Source of the DNA: Antedon mediterranea
Lineage: Eukaryota; Animalia; Echinodermata
Direction of reading: 5' to 3'
Assembly: GCF_964355755.1 (NCBI RefSeq)
Contig: NC_092675.1
Coordinates: 14,294,912 to 14,358,911 of the forward strand
DNA: 64,000 nt
The notes below the pieces were generated by a model that saw only the letters and a program-made list of their open reading frames with translations, made no database searches and was not told the DNA's origin. The position numbers and the translations under genes were made by a program. This document shows positions 24,451-37,067 of the stretch, piece after piece; position 1 is the stretch's first letter, and the number at the start of each line of letters is the position of its first letter.

Positions 24451-27400
24451 AATATCGTATTTAAAAACGTTTTAGACCATTTTGAGCATTTCGACAAAAC
24501 TTTTTCACACAAAACACCAAAGTGCTTAGAATAGCTTCAAATCGCATTTGGAGACGTTTTAGACCAATTTGTGCATTTCGATGAAACTTGGTTACACAAA
24601 AACATCAAAGTGCTTAAAATCACATAATAAACCGTTTCAGACCATTTTGAGCATTTCGATAACACTTTTCACACAAAAACATCAAAGAGCACAAAATAGC
24701 TTAATATCGTATTTAAAAACGTTTTAGACCATTTTGAGCATTTAGACAAAACTTTTTCAAACAAAACACCAAAGTGCTTAGAATAGCTTCAAATCGCATT
24801 TGGAGACGTTTTAGACCATTTTGTGATTTTCGAAAAAACTTGTTAACATAAAAACACCAAAGTTCTTAGAATAGCTTCAAATCGCATTTGGAGACGTTTT
24901 AGACCATTTTGTGATTTTCGAAAAAACTTGTTAACATAAAAACACCAAAGTGCTTAGAATAGCGTCAAATCGTATTTGGAGGCGTTTTAGACCATTTTGT
25001 GATTTTCGAAAAAACTTGTTAACATAAAAACACCAAAGTGCTTAGAATAGCTTCAAATCGCATTTGGAGACGTTTTAGACCATTTTGTGGTTTTCGAAAA
25101 AACTTGTTAACATAACAACACCAAAGTGCTTAGAATAGCTTAAAATCGCATTTGGAGACGTTTTAGACCATTTTGTGATTTTCAAAAAAACTTGTTAACA
25201 TAAAAACACCAAAGTGCTTAGAATAGCTTCAAATCGCATTTGGAGACGTTTTAGACCATTTTGTGCCTTTCGATGAAACTTGGTTACACAAAAACATCAA
25301 AGTGCTTAAAATCACATTATAAACCGTTTTAGACCATTTTGAGCCTTTCGATAACACTGTTCACACAAAAACATCAAAGAGCACAAAATAGCTTAATATC
25401 GTATTTAAAAACGTTTTAGACCATTTTGAGCATTTCGACAAAACTTTTTCACACAAAACACCGAAGTGCTTAGAATAGCTTCAAATCGCATTTGGAGACG
25501 TTTTAGACCAATTTGTGCATTTCGATGAAACTTGTTAACATAAAAACACCAAAGTGCTTAGAATAGCTTCAAATCGAGTTTGGAGACGTTTTAGACCATT
25601 TTGTGATTTTCGAAAAAAATTGTTAACATAAAAACACCAAAGTGCTTAGAATCACATAATAAAACCGTTTTAGACCATTTCGAGCATTTCGATAACACTT
25701 TTCACACAAAAACATCAAAGAGCACAAAATAGCTTAATATCGTATTTAAAAATGTTTTAGACTATTTTGAGCATTTAGACAAAACTTTTTCACACAAAAC
25801 ACCACAGTGCTCTAGAATAGCTTCAAATCGCATTTGGAGACGTTTTAGACCATTTTGTGATTTTCGAAAAAAATTGTTAACATAAAAACACCAAAGTGCT
25901 TAGAATAGCTTCAAATCGCATTTGGAGACATTTTAGACCAATTTCTGATTTTCGAAAAAACTTGTCAACATAAAAACACCAAAGTGTTTAGAATAGCTTA
26001 AAATCGCATGTGGAGACGTTTTAGACCAATTTGTGATTTTCGAAAAAACTTATCAACATAAAAACACCAAAGGGTTTAGAATAGCTTCAAATCGCATTTG
26101 GAGACGTTTTAAACCATTTTGTGATTTTCGAAAAAACTTGTTAACATAAAAACACCAATAGCTTCAAATCGCATTTGGAGACGTTTTAGACCATTTTGTG
26201 ATTTTCGAAAAAAATTGTTAATATAAAAACACCAAAGTGCTTAGAATCACATTATAAACCGTTTTAGACCATTTTGAGCATTTCGATAACAATTTTCAAA
26301 CAAAAACATCAAAGAGCACAAAATAGCTTAATATCGTATTTAAAAATGTTTTAGACCATTTTGAGTATTTAGACAAAACTTTTTCACACAAAACACCAAA
26401 GTGCTTAGAATAGCTTCAAATCGCATTTGGAGACGTTTTAGACCATTTTGTGATTTTCGAAAAAACTTGTTAACATAAAAACACCAAAGGGCTTAGAATA
26501 GCTTCAAATCGCATTTGGAGACGTTTTAGACCATTTTGTGATTTTCGAAAAAACTTGTTAACATAAAAACACCAAAGTGCTTAGAATAGCTTCAAATCGT
26601 ATTTGGAAACGTTTTAGACCATTTTGAGATTTTCGGAAAAACTTGGTTACACAAAAAAATCAAAGTGCTTAAAATCACATTATAAACCGTTTTAGACCAT
26701 TTTGAGCATTTCGATGAAACTTGGTTACACAAAAACATCAAAGTGCTTAAAATCACATTATAAACCGTTTTAGACCATTTTGAGCATTTCGATAACACTG
26801 TTCACACAAAAACATCAAAGAGCACAAAATAGCTTAATATCGTATTTAAAAATGTTTTAGACCATTTTGAGCATTTAGACAAAACTTTTTCACACAAAAC
26901 ACCAAAGGGCTTAGAATAGCTTCAAATCGCATTTGGAGACGTTTTAGACCAATTTGTGATTTTCGAAAAATCTTATCAACATAAAAACACCAAAGGGTTT
27001 AGAATAGCTTCAAATCGCATTTGGAGACGTTTTGACCATTTTGTGATTTTCGAAAAAACTTGTTAACATAAAAACACTAAAGTGCTTAGAATAGCTTAAA
27101 ATCGCATTTAGAGACGTTTTAGACCATTTTGTGATTTTCGAAAAAAATTGTTAACATAAAAACACCAAAGTTCTTAGAATCACATTATAAACCGTTTTAG
27201 ACCATTTTGAGCATTTCGATGAAACTTGGTTACACAAAAACATCAATGTGCTTAAAATCACATTATAAACCGTTTTAGACCATTTTGAGCATTTCGATAA
27301 CACTGTTCACACAAAAACATCAAAGAGCACAAAATAGCTTAATATCGTATTGAAAAACGTTTTAGACCATTTTGAGCATTTCGACAAAACTTTTTCACAC

Positions 27401-30400
27401 AAAACACCAAAGTGCTTAGAATAATTTCAAATCACATTTGGAGACGTTTTAGACCAATTTGTGCATTTCGATGAAACTTCGTTACACAAAAACATCAAAG
27501 TGCTTAAAATCACATTATAAACCGTTTTAGACCATTTTGAGCATTTCGATAACACTTTTCACACAAAAACATCAAAGAGCACAAAATAGCTTAATATCGA
27601 ATTTAAAAACGTTTTAGACCATTTTGAGCATTTAGACAAAACTTTTTCACACAAAACACCAAAGTGCTTAGAATAGCTTCAAATCGCATTTGGAGACGTT
27701 TTAGACCATTTTGTAATTTTCGAAAAAACTTGTTAACATAAAAACACCAAAGTGATTAGAATAGCTTCAAATCGCATTTGGAGACGTTTTAGACCATTTT
27801 GTGATTTTCGAAAAAACTTGTTAACATAAAAACACCAAAGTGCTTAGAATAGCTTCAAATCGCATTTGGAGACGTTTTAGACCAATTTGTGATTTCCGAA
27901 AAAACTTGTCAACATAAAAACACCAAAGTGTTTAGAATAGCTTCAAATCGCATTTGGAGACGTTTTAGACCAATTTGTGATTTTCGCAAAAACTTATCAA
28001 CATAAAAACACCAAAGGGTTTAGAATAGCTTCAAATCGCATTTGGAGACGTTTTAGACCATTTTGTGATTTTCGAAAAAACTTGTTAACATAAAAACACC
28101 AAAGTGCTTAGAATAGCTTCAAATCGCATTTGGAGACGTTTTAGACCCTTTTGTGATTTTCGAAAAAAATTGTTAACATAAAAACACCAAAGTGCTTAGA
28201 ATCACATTATAAACCGTTTTAGACAATTTTGAGCATTTCGATAACACTTTTCACACAAAAACATCAAAGAGCACAAAATAGCTTAATATCGAATTTAAAA
28301 ACGTTTTAGACCATTTTGAGCATTTAGACAAAACTTTTTCACACAAAACACCAAAGTGCTTAGAATAGCTTCAAATCGCATTTGGAGACGTTTTAGACCA
28401 TTTTGTAATTTTCGAAAAAACTTGTTAACATAAAAACACCAAAGTGATTAGAATAGCTTCAAATCGCATTTGGAGACGTTTTAGACCATTTTGTGATTTT
28501 CGAAAAAACTTGTTAACATAAAAACACCAAAGTGCTTAGAATAGCTTCAAATCGCATTTGGAGACGTTTTAGACCAATTTGTGATTTCCGAAAAAACTTG
28601 TCAACATAAAAACACCAAAGTGTTTAGAATAGCTTCAAATCGCATTTGGAGACGTTTTAGACCAATTTGTGATTTTCGCAAAAACTTATCAACATAAAAA
28701 CACCAAAGGGTTTAGAATAGCTTCAAATCGCATTTGGAGACGTTTTAGACCATTTTGTGATTTTCGAAAAAACTTGTTAACATAAAAACACCAAAGTGCT
28801 TAGAATAGCTTCAAATCGCATTTGGAGACGTTTTAGACCAATTTGTGATTTCCGAAAAAACTTGTCAACATAAAAACACCAAAGTGTTTAGAATAGCTTC
28901 AAATCGCATTTGGAGACGTTTTAGACCAATTTGTGATTTTCGCAAAAACTTATCAACATAAAAACACCAAAGGGTTTAGAATAGCTTCAAATCGCATTTG
29001 GAGACGTTTTAGACCATTTTGTGATTTTCGAAAAAACTTGTTAACATAAAAACACCAAAGTGCTTAGAATAGCTTCAAATCGCATTTGGAGACGTTTTAG
29101 ACCCTTTTGTGATTTTCGAAAAAAATTGTTAACATAAAAACACCAAAGTGCTTAGAATCACATTATAAACCGTTTTAGACAATTTTGAGCATTTCGATAA
29201 CACTTTTCACACAAAAACATCAAAGAGCACAAAATAGCTTAATATCGTATTTAAAAATGTTTTAGACCATTTTGAGCATTTAGACAAAACTTTTTCACAC
29301 AAAACACCAAAGTGCTTAGAATAGCTTCAAATCGCATTTGGAGACGTTTTAGACCATTTTGTGATTTTCGAAAAAACTTGTTATGATAAACACACCAAAG
29401 TGCTTAGAATCACATTATAAACCGTTTTAGACCATTTTGAGCATTTCGATAACACTTTTCACACAAAAACATCAAAGAGCACAAAATAGCTTAATATCGT
29501 ATTTAAAAATGTTTTAGACCATTTTGAGCATTTAGACAAAACTTTTTCACACAAAACACCAAAGTGCTTAGAATAGCTTCAAATCGCATTTGGAGACGTT
29601 TTAGACCAATTTGTGATTTTCGAAAAAACTTATCAACATAAAAACACCAAAGGGTTTAGAATAGCTTCAAATCGCATTTGGAGACGTTCTAGACCATTTT
29701 GCGATTTTCGAAAAAACTTGTTAACATAAAAACACCAAAGTGCTTAGAATAGCTTCAAATCGCATTTAGAGACGTTTTAGACCATTTTGTGATTTTCGAA
29801 AAAAATTGTTAACATAAAAACACCAAAGTTCTTAGAATCACATTATAAACCGTTTTAGACCATTTTGAGCATTTCGATGAAACTTGGTTACACAAAAACA
29901 TCAAAGTGCTTAAAATCACATTATAAACCGTTTTAGACAATTTTGAGCATTTCGATAACACTGTTCACACAAAAACATCAAAGAGCACAAAATAGCTTAA
30001 TATCGTATTTAAAAATGTTTTAGACCATTTTGAGCATTTAGACAAAACTTTTTCACACAAAACACCAAAGTGCTTAGAATAGCTTCAAATCGCATTTAGA
30101 GACGTTTTAGACCATTTTGTGATTTTCGAAAAAAATTGTTAACATAAAAACACCAAGGTTCTTAGAATCACATTATAAACCGTTTTAGACCATTTTGAGA
30201 TTTTCGAAAAAACTTAGTTACACAAAAACATCAAAGTGCTTAAAATCACATTATAAACCGTTTTATACCATTTTGAGCATTTCGATAACACTTTTCACAC
30301 AAAAACATCAAAGAGCACAAAATAGCTTAATATCGTATTTAAAAACGTTTTAGACCATTTTGAGCATTTCGACAAAACTTTTTCACACAAGACACCAACG

Positions 30401-33400
30401 TGCTTAGAATAGCTTCAAATCGCATTTGGAGACGTTTTAGACCAATTTGTGCATTTCGATGAAACTTGGTTACACAAAAACATCAAAGTGCTTAAAATCA
30501 CATTATAAACCGTTTTAGACCATTTGGAGCATTTCGATAATACTTTTCACACAAAAACATCAAAGAGCACAAAATAGCTTAATATCGTATTTAAAAACGT
30601 TTTAGACCATTTTGAGCATTTAGACAAAACTTTTTAAAACAAAAAACCAAAGTGCTTGGAATAGCTTCAAATCGCATTTGGAGACGTTTTAGACCATTTT
30701 GTGATTTTCGAAAAAACTTGTTAACATAAAAACACCACAGTTCTTAGAATAGCTTCAAATCGCATTTGGAGACGTTTTAGACCATTTTGTGATTTTCGAA
30801 AAAACTTGTTAACATAAAAACACCAAAGTGCTTAGAATAGCGTCAAATCGTATTTGGAGACGTTTTAGACCATATTGTGATTTTCGAAAAAACCTGTTAA
30901 CATAAAAACACCAAAGTGCTTAGAATAGCTTCAAATCGCATTTGGAGACGTTTTAGACCATTTTGTGGTTTTCGAAAAAACTTGTTAACATAAAAACACC
31001 AAAGTGCTTAGAATAGCTTCAAATCGCATTTGGAGACGTTTTAGACCATTTTGTGATTTTCGAAAAAACTTGTTAACATAAAAACACGAAAGTGCTTAGA
31101 ATAGCTTCAAATCGCATTTGGAGACGTTTTAGACCATTTTGTGCATTTCGATGAAACTTGGTTACACAAAAACATCAAAGTGCTGAAAATCACATTATAA
31201 ACCGTTTTAGACCATTTTGAGGATTTCGATAACACTGTTCACACAAAAACATCAAAGAGCACAAACTAGCTTAATATCGTATTTAAAAACGTTTTAGACC
31301 ATTTTGAGCATTTCAACAAAACCTTTTCACACAAAACACCAAAGTGCTTAGAATAATTTCAAATCTCATTTGGAGACGTTTTAGACCAATTTGTGATTTT
31401 CGAAAAAACTTGTCAACAAAAAAACACCAAAGTTTTTAGAATAGCTTCAAATCGCATTTGGAGACGTTTTAGACCAATTTGTGATTTTCGCAAAAACTTA
31501 TCAACATAAAAACACCAAAGGGTTTAGAATAGCTTCAAATCGCATTTGGAGACGTTTTAGACCATTTTGTGATTTTCGAAAAAACTTGTTAACATAAAAA
31601 CACCAAAGTGCTTAGAATAGCTTCAAATCGCAATTAGAGACGTTTTAGACCATTTTGTGATTTTCGAAAAAACTTGTTAACATAAAAACACCAAAGTGCT
31701 TAGAATAGCTTCAAATCGCATTTGGAGACGTTTTAGACCATTTTGTGATTTTCGAAAAAACTTGTTAACATAAAAACACCAAAGTGCTTAGATTAGCTTC
31801 AAATCGTATTTGGAGACGTTTTAGACCATTTTGAGATTTTCGAAAAAACTTGGTTACACAAAAACATCAAAGTGCTTAAAATCACATTATAAACCGTTTT
31901 AGACCATTTTGAGAATTTCGATAACACTTTTCACACAAAAACATCAAAGAGCACAAAATAGCTTAATATCGTATTTAAAAACGTTTTAGACCATTTTGAG
32001 CATTTCGACAAAACTTTTTCACACAAAACACCAAAGTGCTTAGAATAGCTTCAAATCGCATTTGGAGACGTTTTAGACCAATTTGTGCATTTCGATGAAA
32101 CTTGGTTACACAAAAACATCAAAGTGCTTAAAATCACATTATAAACCGTTTTAGACCATTTTGAGCATTTCGATAACACTTTTCACACAAAAACATCAAA
32201 GAGCACAAAATAGCTTAATATCGTATTTAAAAACGTTTTAGACCATTTTGAGCATTTAGACAAAACTTTTTCACACAAAACACCAAAGTGCTTAGAATAG
32301 CTTCAAATCGCATTTGGAGACGTTTTAGACCATTTTGTGATTTTCGAAAAAACTTGTTAACATAAAAACACCAAAGTTCTTAGAATAGCTTCAAATCGCA
32401 TTTGGAGACGTTTTAGACCATTTTGTGCATTTCGATGAAACTTGGTTACACAAAAACATCAAAGTGCTTAAAATCACATTATAAATCGTTTTAGACCATT
32501 TTGAGCATTTCGACAAAACTTTTTCACACAAAATACCAAAGTGCTTAGAATAGCTTCAAATTGCATTTGGAGACGTTTTAGACCAATTTGTGCATTTCGA
32601 TGAAACTTGGTTACACAAAAACATCAAAGTGCTTAAAATCACATTATAAACCGTTTTAGACCATTTTGAGCATTTCGATAACACTTTTCACACAAAAACA
32701 TCAAAGAGCACAAAATAGCTTAATATCGTATTTAAAAACGTTTTAGACCATTTTGAGCATTTAGACAAAACTTTTTCACACAAAACACCAAAGTGCTTAG
32801 AATAGCTTCAAATCGCATTTGGAGACGTTTTAGACCATTTTGTGATTTTCGAAAAAACTTGTTAACATAAAAACACCAAAGTTCTTAGAATAGCTTCAAA
32901 TCGCATTTGGAGACGTTTTAGACCATTTTGTGCATTTCGATGAAACTTGGTTACACAAAAACATCAAAGTGCTTAAAATCACATTATAAATCGTTTTAGA
33001 CCATTTTGAGCATTTCGACAAAACTTTTTCACACAAAATACCAAAGTGCTTAGAATAGCTTCAAATTGCATTTGGAGACGTTTTAGACCATTTTGTGATT
33101 TTCGAAAAAACTTGTTAACATAAAAACACCAAAGTGCTTAGAATAGCTTCAAATCGCATTTGGAGACGTTTTAGACCATTTTGTGATTTTCGAAAAAACT
33201 TGTTAACATAAAAACACCAAAGTGCTTAGAATAGCTTCAAATCGCATTTGGAGACGTTTTAGACCATTTTCTGCATTTCGAAGAAACTTGGTAACACAAA
33301 AACATCAAAGTGCTTAAAATCACATTATAAATCGTTTTAGACCATTTTGAGCATTTCGACAAAACTTTTTCACACAAAAACATCAAAGAGCACAGAATAG

Positions 33401-36400
33401 CTTAATATCGTATTTAAAAACGTTTTAGACCATTTTGAGCATTTCGACAAAACTTTTTCACACAAAACACCAAAGTGGAGACGTTTTAGACCATTTTTGT
33501 GATTTTCGAAAAAACTTGTTAACATAAAAACACTAAAGTGCTTAGAATAGCTTCAAATCGCATTTGGAGAGGTTTTAGACCAATTTGTGCATTTCGATGA
33601 AACTTGGTTACACAAAAACATCAAAGTGCTTAAAATCACATTATAAACCGTTTTAGACCATTTTGAGCATTTCGATAACACTTTTCACACAAAAACATCA
33701 AAGAGCACAAAATAGCTTAATATCGTATTTAAAAACGTTTTAGACCATTTTGAGCATTTAGACAAAACTTTTTCACACAAAACACCAAAGTGCTTAGAAT
33801 AGCTTCAAATCGCATTTGGAGACGTTTTAGACCAATTTGTGCATTTCGATGAAACTTGATTACACAAAAACATCAAAGTACTTAAAATCACATTATAAAC
33901 CGTTTTAGACCATTTTGAGCATTTCGATAACACTTTTCACACAAAAACATCAAAGAGCACAAAATAGCTTAATATCGTATTTAAAAACGTTTTAGACCAT
34001 TTTGAGCATTTAGACAAAACTTTTTCACACAAAACACCAAAGTGCTTAGAATAGCTTCAAATCGCATTTGGAGACGTTTTAGACCAATTTGTGATTTTCG
34101 CAAAAACTTATCAACATAAAAACACCAAAGGGTTTAGAATAGCTTCAAATCGCATTTGGAGACGTTTTAGACCATTTTGTGATTTTCGAAAAAACTTGTT
34201 AACATAAAAACACCAAAGTGCTTAGAATAGCTTCAAATCGCAATTGGAGACGTTTTAGACCATTTTGTGATTTTCGAAAAAACTTGTTAACATAAAAACA
34301 CCAAAGTGCTTAGAATAGCTTCAAATCGCATTTGGAGACGTTTTAGACCATTTTGTGATTTTCGAAAAAACTTGTTAACATAAAAACACCAAAGTGCTTA
34401 GATTAGCTTCAAATCGTATTTGGAGACGTTTTAGACCATTTTGAGATTTTCGAAAAAACTTGGTTACACAAAAACATCAAAGTGCTTAAAATCACATTAT
34501 AAACCGTTTTAGACCATTTTGAGAATTTCGATAACACTTTTCACACAAAAACATCAAAGAGCACAAAATAGCTTAATATCGTATTTAAAAACGTTTTAGA
34601 CCATTTTGAGCATTTCGACAAAACTTTTTCACACAAAACACCAAAGTGCTTAGAATAGCTTCAAATCGCATTTGGAGACGTTTTAGACCAATTTGTGCAT
34701 TTCGATGAAACTTGGTTACACAAAAACATCAAAGTGCTTAAAATCACATTATAAACCGTTTTAGACCATTTTGAGCATTTCGATAACACTTTTCACACAA
34801 AAACATCAAAGAGCACAAAATAGCTTAATATCGTATTTAAAAACGTTTTAGACCATTTTGAGCATTTAGACAAAACTTTTTCACACAAAACACCAAAGTG
34901 CTTAGAATAGCTTCAAATTGCATTTGGAGACGTTTTAGACCATTTTGTGATTTTCGAAAAAACTTGTTAACATAAAAACACCAAAGTGCTTAGAATAGCT
35001 TCAAATCGCATTTGGAGACGTTTTAGACCATTTTGTGATTTTCGAAAAAACTTGTTAACATAAAAACACCAAAGTGCTTAGAATAGCTTCAAATCGCATT
35101 TGGAGACGTTTTAGACCATTTTCTGCATTTCGAAGAAACTTGGTAACACAAAAACATCAAAGTGCTTAAAATCACATTATAAATCGTTTTAGACCATTTT
35201 GAGCATTTCGACAAAACTTTTTCACACAAAAACATCAAAGAGCACAGAATAGCTTAATATCGTATTTAAAAACGTTTTAGACCATTTCGACAAAACTTTT
35301 TCACACAAAACACCAAAGTGGAGACGTTTTAGACCATTTTTGTGATTTTCGAAAAAACTTGTTAACATAAAAACACTAAAGTGCTTAGAATAGCTTCAAA
35401 TCGCATTTGGAGAGGTTTTAGACCAATTTGTGCATTTCGATGAAACTTGGTTACACAAAAACATCAAAGTGCTTAAAATCACATTATAAACCGTTTTAGA
35501 CCATTTTGAGCATTTCGATAACACTTTTCACACAAAAACATCAAAGAGCACAAAATAGCTTAATATCGTATTTAAAAACGTTTTAGACCATTTTGAGCAT
35601 TTAGACAAAACTTTTTCACACAAAACACCAAAGTGCTTAGAATAGCTTCAAATCGCATTTGGAGACGTTTTAGACCAATTTGTGCATTTTGATGAAACTT
35701 GATTACACAAAAACATCAAAGTACTTAAAATCACATTATAAACCGTTTTAGACCATTTTGAGCATTTCGATAACACTTTTCACACAAAAACATCAAAGAG
35801 CACAAAATAGCTTAATATCGTATTTAAAAACGTTTTAGACCATTTTGAGCATTTAGACAAAACTTTTTCACACAAAACACCAAAGTGCTTAGAATAGCTT
35901 CAAATCGCATTTGGAGACGTTTTAGACCAATTTGTGCATTTCGATGAAACTTGATTACACAAAAACATCAAAGTGCTTAAAATCACATTATAAACCGTTT
36001 TAGACCATTTTGAGCATTTCGATAACACTTTTCACACAAAAACATCAAAGAGCACAAAATAGCTTAATATCGTATTTAAAAACGTTTTAGACCATTTTGA
36101 GCATTTAGACAAAACTGTTTCACACAAAACACCAAAGTGCTTAGAATAGCTTCAAATCGCATTTGGAAACGTTTTAGAACATTTTGTGATTTTCGAAAAA
36201 ACTTGTTAACATAAAAACACCAAAGTGCTTAGAATAGCTTCAAATCGCATTTGGAGACGTTTTAGACCATTTTGTGATTTTCGAAAAAACTTGTTAACAT
36301 AAAAACACCAAAGTGCTTAGAATAGCGTCAAATCGTATTTGGAGACGTTTTAGACCATTTTGTGAATTTTGAAAAAACTTGTTAACATAAAAACACCAAA

Positions 36401-36471
36401 GTGCTTAGAATAGCTTCAAATCGCATTTGGAGACGTTTTAGACCATTTTGTGGTTTTCGAAAAAACTTGTT
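24451..36471 (+). repeat. Satellite array 2 (12 kb), continuing array 1 in register
   Basis: Same four monomer variants in the same orientation. Confidence 0.98.
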
Positions 36472-36473
36472 AT

Positions 36474-36540
36474 AATTTTTATTTATTTATTACCATCTTT
36501 ACTGAGGGTAGCCTATCCAGTTACAAATAGAACTGATCAG
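36474..36540 (-). mobile_element. Possible 3' tail of a CR1/L2-type LINE or SINE
   Basis: Minus strand ...aactggataggctaccctcagtaaagatggtaataaataaat; resemblance only. Confidence 0.3.
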
Positions 36541-36639
36541 ATTGATTCTATTTGATCAGACTGATTTTTAACATTTAAATACAATTTACATATATAATAC
36601 TTAATTTATTAATTCAGAGAATAAAAACCAACGCATTTA

Positions 36640-37067
36640 CTAATTATTTATTAAAACACCCTCATATTAATAAAAAATATATTAATATTCATGAATATTA
36701 AAACATCTCATTACTTTTTCTTTGGACTGAGATCACTAAACAAATTAATTTATTCATTTGTTCATAAATAATACCATTTTAATTATTAAATATTCATAAA
36801 ACTACCCCCTCATACCTAATTAATTAATTCATTTATTTATAAAAAATACAATTTAATTATTCATAAAAACTACCCTTCATAATTAATTGATTTATTCATT
36901 TATTCATAATAATACCTTTTAAAATATTAATTATTCATAAAACTACCCCTCATAATTAATTAATTTATTAATTTATTCATAAATAATACCCTTTAAAATA
37001 TTTATTATTCATAAATAGTACTGTCATAATTAATATATTAATATTCATTAATTAATTTATGAATTAT
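36640..37067. repeat. AT-rich minisatellite (~70 bp)
   Basis: Recurring ttcataaaactacccc(c)tcataattaatt...ttcataaataatacc. Confidence 0.8.

Larger units (their letters stand above)
12509..24452 (-). mobile_element. ~0.79-kb non-autonomous Helentron/DINE-like element, split by the Harbinger (12509-12681 plus 23838-24452)
   Basis: Interrupts the satellite in register at tagcttaa|tatcg (TT on the minus strand) with no real TSD; asymmetric 15-bp inverted repeat tttatacacaatacc (12535) / ggtgttgtgtataaa (24438-24452); short hairpin atttgg-gaaa-ctaaat between the subTIR and the end. Confidence 0.55.

Noticed and set aside
7754-36471. CRISPR array (units begin GTTTTAGACC, like type II repeats GTTTTAGAGC)
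   Set aside because: The intervening sequences are a few recurring homologous variants rather than unique spacers; there are no cas genes and the context is eukaryotic with introns
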